Assembly (NCBI GenBank): GCA_964624415.1
Contig: CAZUWR010000001.1
Location: forward strand, 74,114 to 138,113
DNA from: an uncultured Bdellovibrionales bacterium
GTDB lineage: Bacteria; Patescibacteriota; Minisyncoccia; Moranbacterales; UBA1568
Length of the DNA: 64,000 nucleotides
Direction: 5' to 3'
The notes under the pieces were generated by a model, which saw only the letters and a program-made list of their open reading frames with translations, searched no databases and was not told the DNA's origin. Numbering within the stretch: the stretch's first letter is position 1; each line of letters starts with the position of its first letter. The translations under genes and the position numbers were made by a program. Below are positions 9,001 to 18,760 of this stretch, one piece after another.

Positions 9001-9576
9001 ATGAAAACACGAAAATGTATCATCATTCATGGGTGTTTTCCGGATGCAAAGCAGGTGATGGATCCACAAGGAGAGTTGTATCAGAGATACTGGGCATCCT
9101 GGATCGAAAAAGAACTCGTTGCAAAAGGTGTCGAGACTTGTGTGCCTCGGATGCCTGAGCCGTCGCAACCTAACTACGAACGCTTCAAAGCGGATTTCGA
9201 AAAGCTGACCGTCGATGATGATACTGTGCTTGTGGGTCATAGCTGTGGCTGCGCTTTCTTGACGCGCTGGCTCGGTGAAACCAAACAGAAAGTAGCGAAA
9301 CTCGTTTTTGTCGCGCCATGGAATGTTGCCAAGGAAGATGATACAGTGAGGCAGGCATTTTATCAGTATACGATCGACACAAATATCAAAGACCGGGTCA
9401 GCGAAATCGTTATGTTTACCGCGGATAATGAATCAAAGCCCGGCAAGAAAAGCCTCCAAATACTCCATGATGCGCTCGGTGGCGAAATCATTGATCTTTC
9501 TGGCCGAGGCCACTACCTGATAGACGATATGAAAACCGCGGAGTTTCCCGAATTGCTAGAGGTGATTGTGCGCTAA
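9001..9576 (+). CDS. Alpha/beta serine hydrolase, YdeN/RBBP9-like (Ser_hydrolase family)
   Basis: 191 aa. Nucleophile elbow GHSCG, about 190 aa, with downstream Asp/His positions typical of the family. Confidence 0.65.
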   Translation: MKTRKCIIIHGCFPDAKQVMDPQGELYQRYWASWIEKELVAKGVETCVPRMPEPSQPNYERFKADFEKLTVDDDTVLVGHSCGCAFLTRWLGETKQKVAKLVFVAPWNVAKEDDTVRQAFYQYTIDTNIKDRVSEIVMFTADNESKPGKKSLQILHDALGGEIIDLSGRGHYLIDDMKTAEFPELLEVIVR

Positions 9577-9666
9577 CCGCACAGCGATATTTCGGTGATG
9601 AAAAAACGTGTTTACTTCGTATTCACTCTTTGGTATACTGAAAGAGTAAACCATTTTTCAAACTCT

Positions 9667-10521
9667 ATGGACAATGAAGCATCACTGGCTATTTTTGAAA
9701 ACTTTAAAATACGCAGGCATTACGACGAAACATCGGAAACGTGGTTTTTTTCGGTGATAGATATCGTGGCGGTTCTAACTGAACAAGAGGATTATGCCAA
9801 AGCAAAAAGCTACTGGACAACGTTGAAAAATCGCTTAAAAAATGAAGGCAGTGAAGTGGTCACAAAATGTGACCGGTTGAAAGTGCTGGCAGTAGACGGA
9901 AAAATGCGTGAAACAGATATGGCGAATGTGGAGGTTTTGTTGCGTCTTATCCAATCCGTACCGAGTAAGAAAGCCGAACCGATAAAGCTCTGGTTGGCAA
10001 AAGTCGGATATGAGCGGATGCAAGAGATGTCCGACCCGGAAAGAGCCCTGAACCGATCGAGGGAATACTGGCAGAAGCAAGGACGGAGCGAAAAGTGGAT
10101 ACAACAAAGAATGACCGGGCAAGAAACCAGAAATAAACTGACGGATTATTGGAGCGAACACAATGTCAAAAAAGGTGATGAGTTTGCTATCCTGACTAAT
10201 ATCATCCACGAGGAATGGAGTGATTTGTCTATCAAAAATCATAAAAACCTCAAGGGGCTCAAAACGCAGAATCTCCGCGATCATATGAGCGAAGAAGAGC
10301 TCATCTTTACCGCGTTAGCGGAAGTATCGACACGCCGGATCGCCGAGATGGACAAAGCGGTCGGTTTGGAGGAAAATAAAGTGCCGGCAAAGAAAGGCGG
10401 AAAAATCGCGAGGGACGCTCGTATCGCCCTTGAGGAAAGGTTGGGGAAAAGCGTGATTACGGGGGATAATTTTTTATTGAAAGCGAAAGGTGAGAATAAG
10501 AAACTCAGAAATATACAATAA
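9667..10521 (+). CDS. DNA-damage-inducible protein D-like (Bro-N domain plus DinD-like C-terminal region)
   Basis: N-terminal FENFKIRRHYDETSETWFFSVIDIVAVL fits the Bro-N pattern, as in E. coli DinD (EEIRHYGTEGQEFWSARELA). The start is placed at Met25 of the track ORF (MDNEAS...). Confidence 0.55.
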   Translation: MDNEASLAIFENFKIRRHYDETSETWFFSVIDIVAVLTEQEDYAKAKSYWTTLKNRLKNEGSEVVTKCDRLKVLAVDGKMRETDMANVEVLLRLIQSVPSKKAEPIKLWLAKVGYERMQEMSDPERALNRSREYWQKQGRSEKWIQQRMTGQETRNKLTDYWSEHNVKKGDEFAILTNIIHEEWSDLSIKNHKNLKGLKTQNLRDHMSEEELIFTALAEVSTRRIAEMDKAVGLEENKVPAKKGGKIARDARIALEERLGKSVITGDNFLLKAKGENKKLRNIQ

Positions 10522-10537
10522 ATTATTAGCATACGCT

Positions 10538-11065
10538 ATGTCAAAAGAACTGAATATACTATTTGAAGAAGCAGTGCGTCTCTTGGTTGAACATATGCCG
10601 ATTTCGCAAGATGATAGCAGGAAGCCAATTTTATTTCACGATATTCGCGTCGGCGTGTATTTGTATGAGCATGGCTATGCGCAGGACATTGTGCTGGCAG
10701 GAGTACTGCATGATGCCTTGGAGTGGTCTGGAATGACCGAGCAGATGTTACAAGAAACATTTGGCGATAACGTAGTCAGATTGGTTTTGGCGAGCACAAA
10801 AGACGATTCGATTGAAGACAAGATTGAAAAAACAAACGAACTTATCAAGCGTTGTATTCAAAACGGACAGGATGCTTTGATTGTGAAAGTCGCTGATATA
10901 CTCGATAGTTTCAAGTGGTATTCGAGTCAAAACAATGAGGGTGAACTTCGATACTGTATGAGGAATGCCAATGCTATTTTTACATTCAAGCCGGATGAGT
11001 TTGAGGATAAGATATTCGATGAATTAAAAAGTTGGCAGGATACATATTCGCACTTGACTGATTAG
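10538..11065 (+). CDS. HD-domain metal-dependent phosphohydrolase
   Basis: HD motif residues (LFHDIRV ... VLHDALEW ... KVADIL). 176 aa. The start is the ATG 17 bp after the stop of the previous gene. Confidence 0.65.
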   Translation: MSKELNILFEEAVRLLVEHMPISQDDSRKPILFHDIRVGVYLYEHGYAQDIVLAGVLHDALEWSGMTEQMLQETFGDNVVRLVLASTKDDSIEDKIEKTNELIKRCIQNGQDALIVKVADILDSFKWYSSQNNEGELRYCMRNANAIFTFKPDEFEDKIFDELKSWQDTYSHLTD

Positions 11066-11068
11066 ATC

Positions 11069-12682
11069 ATGACCCAAAAAGAAGCACTCGACATTTTGAA
11101 GACGGGCGTCAATGTTTTTTTGACGGGAGAGCCTGGCGCAGGGAAGACGCATACCATCAATCAGTATGTGGCATATTTGCGTTCGCATGGCATCGAGCCA
11201 GCCATTACCGCATCGACCGGCATCGCAGCGACGCATATCCATGGGATGACACTGCATTCGTGGAGTGGAGTGGGTGTGGCGCGCGATTTGAGCGATGATG
11301 ATGTGGCGGATATCGCCAAGAGCCGATATATCTCCGGCCGTATCAAAAAAACCAAAGTCCTGATACTTGACGAGGTCTCGATGATCGATAGCGAGACGCT
11401 TTCCAATGTTGAGCGTATCTGTCGCCGGGTTAAAAAATCCGCACAGCCTTTCGGTGGGATGCAGGTGGTTTTCGTGGGGGATTTTTTTCAGTTGCCTCCG
11501 GTGAGTAAGGGCGGCGCTCAGTCGGTCTTTTCGTTTTCGTCCGCAGCGTGGCGGATGATGCGACCGACCGTGTGCTATCTGACCGAGCAGCATCGACAGG
11601 AAGACGCGAAGTTTTTGAGTATTCTTTCAGCGATGCGTCGGGATGAATTTGGCGAGCAGCACTTTGAGCAAATGCGTTCGTGTCTGCTTACGGTAGATGA
11701 GTTGCCCAACGATGTGACGAGGCTTTTCTCCCACAATGCCGATGTCGATACTATCAATACGAAAGAGCTGCGGAAGCTCGAGGGTAAGACGCGTTCGTTT
11801 CTGATGGCGGATAGGGGTCCTGAGAGGCTGGTGGAGGCGCTCAAGCGCGGCTGCCTTTCTCCGGAGCGCCTCGAGCTCAAGGAGGGCTCTGCGGTGATGT
11901 TTACCAAGAATAATCCCAATGCGGGATTTGTGAACGGGACGCTGGGCACGGTTATCGGATTCGATGATGAGAGCCGCTGCCCGGTGGTGATGCTGCGCGA
12001 TGAGACGGTACTGGTGGTCAAGCCGATGGAGTGGGCGATAGAAGAGCAGGGCGAAGTGTTGGCACGCATTATGCAGATACCTTTGCGCTTGGCATGGGCG
12101 ATCACTATTCACAAGAGCCAGGGGATGAGTATGGATGCGGCGGTGATGGATCTGTCCAAGACCTTCGAATTCGGGCAGGGCTATGTGGCGCTTTCCCGGG
12201 TGCGGACTTTGGCGGGCGTGCACCTCTTGGGTGTAAGCGAGCAAGCCTTTCGAGTCAGTCCGGAAATACTGGAGCAAGACATCTCTTTTCGCGAGCAATC
12301 GCTGATGATAGAGGATGAGTACGCGCACTTGGCACAGAAGGATCTTTTGAAACGGCAGAAGGATTTCGTGAAACTGTGCGGTGGTCGATGGGAGGATGTA
12401 CACGATGTTTTGGCTGGAAAAGTAAAAAAAGAGGAGCATCCTCTCAAAAAAGCAAAAAAATCCGCGAGGACCACAGAGGAAAAAGAAGCGTATATGAAAT
12501 CCATAGAAGATCTTCGTATCAAACACGCCCAAGCGTACAAGAAGTGGGACGCGCCGGAAGAAAAACGCCTCACCGCATTGTTTCACGAAAACATCCCGCT
12601 TCCGGAAATCGCAGAAACGCTCGGCCGTCAGATAGGCGGTATCCGATCACGATTGAAAAAGCTCGGACTTTTGGGAGAGTGA
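11069..12682 (+). CDS. pif1: Pif1/RecD-family ATP-dependent DNA helicase with a C-terminal HTH
   Basis: Walker A GEPGAGKTH, Pif1 signature region, helicase motifs (DEVSMID, QSQG-like HKSQGMS), and a C-terminal sigma-70 region-4-like HTH (LPEIAETLGRQIGGIRSRLKKLG). Starts 4 bp after the HD gene. Confidence 0.85.
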   Translation: MTQKEALDILKTGVNVFLTGEPGAGKTHTINQYVAYLRSHGIEPAITASTGIAATHIHGMTLHSWSGVGVARDLSDDDVADIAKSRYISGRIKKTKVLILDEVSMIDSETLSNVERICRRVKKSAQPFGGMQVVFVGDFFQLPPVSKGGAQSVFSFSSAAWRMMRPTVCYLTEQHRQEDAKFLSILSAMRRDEFGEQHFEQMRSCLLTVDELPNDVTRLFSHNADVDTINTKELRKLEGKTRSFLMADRGPERLVEALKRGCLSPERLELKEGSAVMFTKNNPNAGFVNGTLGTVIGFDDESRCPVVMLRDETVLVVKPMEWAIEEQGEVLARIMQIPLRLAWAITIHKSQGMSMDAAVMDLSKTFEFGQGYVALSRVRTLAGVHLLGVSEQAFRVSPEILEQDISFREQSLMIEDEYAHLAQKDLLKRQKDFVKLCGGRWEDVHDVLAGKVKKEEHPLKKAKKSARTTEEKEAYMKSIEDLRIKHAQAYKKWDAPEEKRLTALFHENIPLPEIAETLGRQIGGIRSRLKKLGLLGE

Positions 12683-12706
12683 TATAAAATTTTTTATGGA
12701 TATGAA

Positions 12707-12741
12707 ATAAGCCCGACAAATTCTATTTGCAGGGCTTATTA
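12707..12741. terminator. Probable bidirectional terminator hairpin between convergent genes
   Basis: taagccc ... gggctta stem of 7 bp with a 17 nt loop, AT-rich flanks. Lies between the pif1 stop and the stop of 12766..13233 (-). Coordinates approximate. Confidence 0.4.
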
Positions 12742-12765
12742 AAAACTATTTTTATGGAACATCTT

Positions 12766-13233
12766 TTATGTTGTCGCCTCGGTATTTTTCGCGATCTCTT
12801 TGAGTACTCCGATCATTTCCCTGAGAATAATACTGAAATTATTCATGGGAGCTAACGAAACTTTATCCGCTGCGGCTATTTTCAATCCCAGTGGTGTTAT
12901 AAAGGGAGCCGGAGTCGCTGAAAAAATTTGTATCGGTTGTGTTACCCAAATGTGCCATTCGGGTGATTTGGTACTCCTGTGATCAATAATAAACTCTCGC
13001 AAGAATTCCTCGAATCTTCTTTGATAATTTTCCGCTTCATTCAGAGTGCTGAAGTATTGGATGCGAAAAATTTTTCCGAATCTCCGGAAGGAATCATTTT
13101 TGGTGTAGGCCATACTTATTTGTATCGTATAGGGCGGGTCATCTTCATTATGCGGTACGAGTGATGGCCAGGTATCATCTGTATTGTTTTGTGTGTGCAT
13201 GATAGCACCTCTTTGCAGTATTGTTAAAGACAT
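12766..13233 (-). CDS. Hypothetical protein
   Basis: 155 aa, no recognised domain. An alternative start is at the internal MHTQNN. Confidence 0.4.
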   Translation of the reverse strand: MSLTILQRGAIMHTQNNTDDTWPSLVPHNEDDPPYTIQISMAYTKNDSFRRFGKIFRIQYFSTLNEAENYQRRFEEFLREFIIDHRSTKSPEWHIWVTQPIQIFSATPAPFITPLGLKIAAADKVSLAPMNNFSIILREMIGVLKEIAKNTEATT

Positions 13234-13292
13234 CCCTATTCAAACACGCTTTTCGAGAAGTGTCAAATTTGGCAGACACTTTTGTCTTAAGG

Positions 13293-14141
13293 CTACTTTT
13301 CTACTCCGAATCCTTTGCTTTTCCAGTCTGCGAAACCGCCTTTAAGGACTTCTGTTGAGAGAAATCCGAGGTCGAATAATCTGACCCCTGATTGGAAGTC
13401 TTCGAGCTCGGAATCTCCATAGGTCACAATGCGCACACCCTTGGGTATTTTGTCGAAATGATGTTCCAATTGGTCTAAGGGCAGGTTGACGGCATTTGGT
13501 ACATGTCCTTGGGCGTAGGCATCGTGTGAACGCATATCGATAACAGCGTAGGCCTGCTTGGTATCCAGGCGCTTTTTGTATTCTTCCGGCGTGATGTATT
13601 TTACTTTGACTTGATCGGTAATGAGAGATGGATCGCCGATAGAAATGGTCGCTCCACCGGATTGCTTCCATCCTTCGAAGCCGCCGCGCAGTATGAAAAT
13701 CGGAGCTTTGTCGTTTTTGGTATGGAGCGCCTGCATAGCCATAGCGCCGAAGCCTTGCTCATTGCCCACAGTGGTGACAATAACGAAGGTGAAGCCGTCT
13801 TTTATCTCAAGGTTGCTTATGACCTCGAAAGGAATATTGGTCGATCGCGGGATATGTTCGTTTGCAAAGAGGACATTGGAACGGATATCGATCAGAACGA
13901 TTTGCGAGGGATTTTCTTGCTGTTTGCGTATTACCGTATCGTAATCGGTAAACGCATCATCGCTGAGGGATGGTTGCTGCTCCTGAGTCGTATTCTGATC
14001 CGAAGTGTGATTTCTTTGGATATAGGCGTGCGTATAGAAAGCGATGATACCGACAATGCCAGCAAACCCGACAGAGAGGACAACGGTTTCTTTGCGTAAA
14101 CGAAAGAGTGACATAATTTTGTTTTTTAAAAGAGGCTGCAA
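13293..14141 (-). CDS. Membrane-anchored tandem rhodanese-domain sulfurtransferase-like protein
   Basis: N-terminal TM helix and two rhodanese-like modules (VLIDIRSNVLFANEHIPRSTNIP...; AVIDMRSHDAYAQGHVPNAVNLP). The second-module loop reads TYGDSE and no catalytic Cys was confidently identified, so both modules may be catalytically inactive. An alternative start is at MSLFRL. Confidence 0.7.
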   Translation of the reverse strand: MQPLLKNKIMSLFRLRKETVVLSVGFAGIVGIIAFYTHAYIQRNHTSDQNTTQEQQPSLSDDAFTDYDTVIRKQQENPSQIVLIDIRSNVLFANEHIPRSTNIPFEVISNLEIKDGFTFVIVTTVGNEQGFGAMAMQALHTKNDKAPIFILRGGFEGWKQSGGATISIGDPSLITDQVKVKYITPEEYKKRLDTKQAYAVIDMRSHDAYAQGHVPNAVNLPLDQLEHHFDKIPKGVRIVTYGDSELEDFQSGVRLFDLGFLSTEVLKGGFADWKSKGFGVEK

Positions 14142-14142
14142 T

Positions 14143-15129
14143 CTACTGTAGGATACTGCCGACGCATTGAGGATAGCCTTTGATAAACTCCGCTATCGGC
14201 ATAGGATTTTTTCCTTCAGGCTGGATTTCTTCGAGAAAAATGACGCCCTCGCTGCACTGGACCCCGATCTTTTCCCCGAGTTCAAAAATCTCTCCCAAAT
14301 GATGAGGGGTTTGAGGGCTATGCTTTTGATAGGTAATGTGTGTTAGTTTCAACCTGATGAGCCGGTTGTCGTTTCGGCGCCAAAAACTATAGATACCGGG
14401 CCACGGAGTGAGTGCACGAAACGTATTGTATATCGAAGAAGCGTCATTTGACCACAGGATATGTCCGTCCTCGCGCTCTATGAGTTGGCAGAGCGTGACA
14501 CGCGAAACATCTTGTTTTTGCGGGGTTATTGCACCATCAACCCATGCAGGAAGTGTCTGTAGCAAAAGATTGGCGCTGCAAAGAGAGAGCTTATCGGAAA
14601 GGGTGGGATAGGTGTCACTCGGATCGATAGCGATGGTTTCCTGCGCGAGAATATCGCCACTGTCCATACCTTCGTCCATCAGCATAATGGTCGTGCCCGT
14701 TTCTTGTTCTCCGGAAAGCAAGGCATTTTGAATCGGGGATGGTCCGCGATATTTGGGGAGGAGTGATGGATGGATATTGATACAACCGAATTCAGGAATC
14801 TTCAGTACCGCCTCCGGGAGCATTTTCCCGTAGGCTATCACCACGATCAAATCCGGTTTATAGCTTTTGAGTTTTTTGATGGTGTCGGCATCGAATCGAT
14901 CAGGTTGTTCGATAGGAAGCGTATGCTGTGATGCGCGTTGTTTGACAGGGCTTTCCTGTACTTCTTGTTTGCGCCCCACGGCTTTGTCCGGGCGGGTATA
15001 GACCGCGACCAGGTTATATCGTTTTTCAATGAGTGCTGCCAACACCGGTTCGGCGAAAGAGGGTGTTCCCATGAAAATGACACGGATTGTCGGGACGAGC
15101 ATTTCTTTTCGAGTTGTCTGCGTATCCAT
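14143..15129 (-). CDS. fmt: Methionyl-tRNA formyltransferase
   Basis: IRVIFMGTPSFA N-terminus. Formyltransferase core (NIHPSLLPKYRG, C-terminal domain). Lies immediately downstream of def, the conserved def-fmt order. The start is chosen at the MDTQ codon to avoid overlapping def. Confidence 0.85.
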   Translation of the reverse strand: MDTQTTRKEMLVPTIRVIFMGTPSFAEPVLAALIEKRYNLVAVYTRPDKAVGRKQEVQESPVKQRASQHTLPIEQPDRFDADTIKKLKSYKPDLIVVIAYGKMLPEAVLKIPEFGCINIHPSLLPKYRGPSPIQNALLSGEQETGTTIMLMDEGMDSGDILAQETIAIDPSDTYPTLSDKLSLCSANLLLQTLPAWVDGAITPQKQDVSRVTLCQLIEREDGHILWSNDASSIYNTFRALTPWPGIYSFWRRNDNRLIRLKLTHITYQKHSPQTPHHLGEIFELGEKIGVQCSEGVIFLEEIQPEGKNPMPIAEFIKGYPQCVGSILQ

Positions 15130-15151
15130 ACTTTTGTATTTGAGTGAGAGA

Positions 15152-15634
15152 TTAGCGCCAGATCGGCGTATGGGGATTAACCTTTTGTTTCTTGTAGCGA
15201 TCAATAATCAAAGTGCCTTCGAGGTGGTCGATTTCGTGCTGGATGGCGATGGCCATAATACCATGGAGCTTTTCTTTTACATCCTCTCCTTTTTCATTTT
15301 GGTACCGGATAGTGGCTTGCTCAGAGCGTTCGATCCAGAAGAATTGCCCTGGGAGACTCAGGCAGCCTTCTTCAAAAAGGACTTTTTCTTTGGAGAGGGA
15401 AGTGAGGGTTGGGTTGATATAGACGCTGCGCACCCCTTCGTATTCTATCACAGCCAAACGGACAGAATGGTTGATCTGAGGTGCGGCAAGACCCATACCA
15501 TCGGCGGCATGCATCGAGTCAAACATATCCGCGATGAGTTGCTGTATCTCGGGACTGGTCGGATCTTTGACCTTTTGAGCCTTTTGATGGAGTATTTCGG
15601 TCTGTGCTCCGGTAATGATAGGAATAATAGCCAT
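15152..15634 (-). CDS. def: Peptide deformylase
   Basis: The three PDF motifs: GxGxAAxQ (GMGLAAPQI), EGCLS (EGCLSLPG) and HEIDH (QHEIDHLEG). Confidence 0.9.
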   Translation of the reverse strand: MAIIPIITGAQTEILHQKAQKVKDPTSPEIQQLIADMFDSMHAADGMGLAAPQINHSVRLAVIEYEGVRSVYINPTLTSLSKEKVLFEEGCLSLPGQFFWIERSEQATIRYQNEKGEDVKEKLHGIMAIAIQHEIDHLEGTLIIDRYKKQKVNPHTPIWR

Positions 15635-15669
15635 AGAGAATCAGTTTAAAAATGGTGCTGTCAGTATCA

Positions 15670-17700
15670 TCAGACGAGACTGACAGGATCGATGTCGATA
15701 ATACAGTCTTTGGAAATTTTGAGGAGAAAAGCCGTCAAATCGTCGGGGAACTCTGCATTCTTGCAACGGATGATAATCTGTTTGCGAAAATTGTTTCGGA
15801 CTTTGGCGATAAGCGGGTGCTGAGGTTCGGATATGCGCAGACTCCTTTCGTATTCTGCTAGAGCTGCCAGTTTGGTATAGAATTTCTGCGTTTCTTTTTC
15901 AACCTTCTTACTCTCCTCATTTTGAACGATGATTTTGATGAGTCGTCCGAAGGGAGGATAGAAAAGTGGTTCCCTTTGATCGACTATCTCTCGATAAAAA
16001 GAAAGGTAATCCTTAGTCTGAATTTTTTGCAAAGTCGGATTTTCGGGGTAGAAGGTCTGTATCAAGGCTGTGCCTTCACCGACACTTCCGATACGAGCCA
16101 TCCGACCCGCCGCTTGCAGGATATGCTGGAAGGCATTTTCATCGGTCTTAAAATCGGCCCAAGTGAACAAACTGTCCGCATCAATCATACCAACAAGTGC
16201 CACATTTGGCAAGTCCCAGCCTTTTGTAGCCATCTGCGTCCCGATGAGGATATCGATCTTTCCCGAGGCAAAATCGTGGAATACTTTTTCTTGCGCACCC
16301 TTTTTTTGCATCGTTGTCCGGTCGATACGCGCTACCTTGGAGTAGGGGAACCGTTTCATGATATCGCGCTCTATTTTCTGCGTCCCGGTGCCGACATTTT
16401 TGAACTGCAATCCGCCGCACGATACGCATTTGGGAAAGGCTGAACTTTTGTGCGTGCAGTGTAGACAACGGTATATCCCCAGCGGCGCATCATAGACTAA
16501 GGCGCGTTCGCAGGACGGGCAGCGCAGGATGGTTTTGCAGCTCTCGCATACCGAAAACGAGCTAGCTCCCTGACGATTGATAAAAAGAAATGTCTGCTTC
16601 TTGTTTTTAAGAGTCGCCGTGATTGCGTTGGTTAGCTCTTCGGAGAGCGAAGAGAAATTTTTGTTGTGGCGTTCGAAACGAAGATTGACGAGCCTTATAT
16701 CATAGCGCGGTTGCATCGGAAGAGGCGAAAGCGTGACAAGTGTGGAAGCGCCGGTTTTCGCTCGGTAAAAGCGCTCGATGGAGGGAGTGGCCGATCCGAA
16801 GACGACGGTTGCGCTGTGGATGCGCGCGAGTTCTTCGGCGACACTGCGCCCGTCATAGCGCGGACTCATATCCCACTGTTTGTAAGCATCGTCTTGCTCT
16901 TCGTCCACCACCACGAGTTTCAGGTCTTTGAATGGAGCGAAGAGAGCCTGTCGCGTACCGATAACTATGCTCGCTTCACCGCTGGCGATTTTTTTCCAGG
17001 TTTCATAGAAAGTTCCGGGAGCGATATGGCTGTGCAAAAGAGTGATATGTTCTTTGCCGAAAGCCTCGCTGTAACGATCGATTTCCTGTGGGATGAGGGT
17101 AAGCTCGGGGACAAGGACGAGCGCTTGGCCGCCTTTCCTGATGATTTTTTTGATGGAGCGGATATACACTTCGGTTTTGCCGGACGAAGCGGGACCAAAG
17201 AGGTAGACTTCTTTCGCCTTTCTCTCACTTATTGTTTGGATCGCATGTTGCTGTTCTTTGGTCGGATGAATCGTTTTTGATGGCGCAGCTACGGTTGATA
17301 CGATAGGTAGAGCCGATTTCGTTCTCGATGTGGCGGTCTGCGGAGCAAAGTGGACGAGGCATCGACCCAATGAGGTGAAGTAGCGTTTGGAAATAAAGAG
17401 AGCGAGCTGTAGTTGTTCGGGTGTTAGGAAATCGTCCTGTAGCACAGAGATAATAGGCTTCACTTTGAAAGGGGGCATTTTTCTGTCACCGCTACTCATA
17501 TTGTACGAAGCGAAGACTACGCCCTTGAGGGTACGGGTCGTCACGGGGATGGATACAAGCGTGCCTGGTCGCACTTCGATACCGGAGGCATACGTAAAAA
17601 ACTGCCCACGGGTGAGCGGGAGACTGGTGAGCGGTGCGACTTCTATATGCCACAAAGGCGCTTTGGTCTGCTTTTTCAGAGGTGTTTTCAGTGGATCCAT
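15670..17700 (-). CDS. priA: Primosomal protein N' (replication restart helicase PriA)
   Basis: 676 aa. Walker A GPASSGKTE, DEEQD box, Cys4-Cys4 zinc-binding insertion (CESCKTILRCPSCERALVY...CLHC...CVSCGG), helicase C-terminal domain. Confidence 0.9.
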   Translation of the reverse strand: MDPLKTPLKKQTKAPLWHIEVAPLTSLPLTRGQFFTYASGIEVRPGTLVSIPVTTRTLKGVVFASYNMSSGDRKMPPFKVKPIISVLQDDFLTPEQLQLALFISKRYFTSLGRCLVHFAPQTATSRTKSALPIVSTVAAPSKTIHPTKEQQHAIQTISERKAKEVYLFGPASSGKTEVYIRSIKKIIRKGGQALVLVPELTLIPQEIDRYSEAFGKEHITLLHSHIAPGTFYETWKKIASGEASIVIGTRQALFAPFKDLKLVVVDEEQDDAYKQWDMSPRYDGRSVAEELARIHSATVVFGSATPSIERFYRAKTGASTLVTLSPLPMQPRYDIRLVNLRFERHNKNFSSLSEELTNAITATLKNKKQTFLFINRQGASSFSVCESCKTILRCPSCERALVYDAPLGIYRCLHCTHKSSAFPKCVSCGGLQFKNVGTGTQKIERDIMKRFPYSKVARIDRTTMQKKGAQEKVFHDFASGKIDILIGTQMATKGWDLPNVALVGMIDADSLFTWADFKTDENAFQHILQAAGRMARIGSVGEGTALIQTFYPENPTLQKIQTKDYLSFYREIVDQREPLFYPPFGRLIKIIVQNEESKKVEKETQKFYTKLAALAEYERSLRISEPQHPLIAKVRNNFRKQIIIRCKNAEFPDDLTAFLLKISKDCIIDIDPVSLV

Positions 17701-17747
17701 ACCTTCATTGTACCAGTCTCTTCTGATTTACGGAAAGAGGTATTTTA

Positions 17748-17775
17748 AGATATGTCATAAAGCATTGACATATCT
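17748..17775. promoter_or_regulatory. Perfect 10 bp inverted repeat AGATATGTCA-N8-TGACATATCT in the divergent intergenic region
   Basis: Seen directly in the sequence between the priA start (17700, -) and the start of 17875..18273 (+). A candidate operator for a dimeric regulator. Coordinates approximate to within 2 bp. Confidence 0.45.
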
Positions 17776-17874
17776 CTTCTTTTGTACTAGAGTGTAGAGG
17801 TCGGAATGCGTGAGTCGGTCATACCCGCCAGCATTTCAGACACAATTTCGTATGGTAAATTAACAACAAAATAA

Positions 17875-18273
17875 ATGGTGAAAGCAATGGCTGGAACAGA
17901 AGAAAGTGTGAAGGGTCTGAGTCAAGAACAAATAAATGACATAGAGAGTCTTCATCAAAGACTCGTGGATGCAGGTTGCGCTATCAAGTTTGAAGAGCTG
18001 GTAATAATGGTTGTAAACCTTTTGGAATTAGGCTTTGATGAAAACGTTGCGCAAAGTCTAATTCTGAGTGAGAATTTTATAAGCTGGGACGATTTAAGAG
18101 AGGCTCAGTATGGATTTGATGATTACCGCTTAATACCAGACATCTCAGTTGAACAAGCAAGACATCTCTTTGAGAAGGTGAACCCTGGTATGCGCGTGCG
18201 AATAGCACCTACAAAAAAAGTAACCGAAAAAAAAGATGATGGGGTCATTGCTGGAAATCTGGCAACGGCGTAA
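17875..18273 (+). CDS. Hypothetical protein
   Basis: 132 aa, no recognised domain. Confidence 0.45.
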   Translation: MVKAMAGTEESVKGLSQEQINDIESLHQRLVDAGCAIKFEELVIMVVNLLELGFDENVAQSLILSENFISWDDLREAQYGFDDYRLIPDISVEQARHLFEKVNPGMRVRIAPTKKVTEKKDDGVIAGNLATA

Positions 18274-18402
18274 ATGGCAGTCTGCATAGGCGGTGAGGTA
18301 GTGAAAAAAATACCCCCGCCTTTTATACTACCCAAAATAGCGAATGGTGTTTGAAAAAGTGATTCCGATACGCTAGTATAGGAGTAGAAACAAGATTCCC
18401 TT

Positions 18403-18756
18403 ATGCTATCCGACCCTATGGCTACACAGTCATCTACCATCAATTATCTTCTTGATCAACTCGCAAGTGTCTCTGGAGTGCGGGTGCGAAAGATGTTTGG
18501 CGAGTACGCGCTTTACTGCAATGACAAAGTGGTGGCGCTGGTTTGTGATGATGAGCTCTTTGTCAAAATCACTCAGTCAGGCAAGGAATTTGTCGGCGAC
18601 CAGTACCAAGAAGGCACTGCGTATCCGGGTGCCAAGCCTTCGATGCGCATCGATATGGATATGGCTGAAAATCGCGATTGGTTGTGCGAGTTGATAGCTA
18701 TCACGGAAGCAGCTTTACCGGAACCTGCACCAAAGAAAAAGAAAATACGATTGTAA
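18403..18756 (+). CDS. TfoX/Sxy N-terminal-domain-like protein
   Basis: 117 aa. Pattern L..L......VR.MFGEYALYCNDKVVALVCDDELFVK matches the TfoX_N fold signature (R-K-M-F-G). Confidence 0.55.
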   Translation: MLSDPMATQSSTINYLLDQLASVSGVRVRKMFGEYALYCNDKVVALVCDDELFVKITQSGKEFVGDQYQEGTAYPGAKPSMRIDMDMAENRDWLCELIAITEAALPEPAPKKKKIRL

Positions 18757-18760
18757 TTGT

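Noticed and set aside
10490-10537. Longer N-terminal extension of the HD-domain gene starting at 10490.
   Set aside because: It overlaps the upstream gene by 32 nt in a different frame. The ATG at 10538 gives a compact operon junction and a protein that begins near the HD fold.
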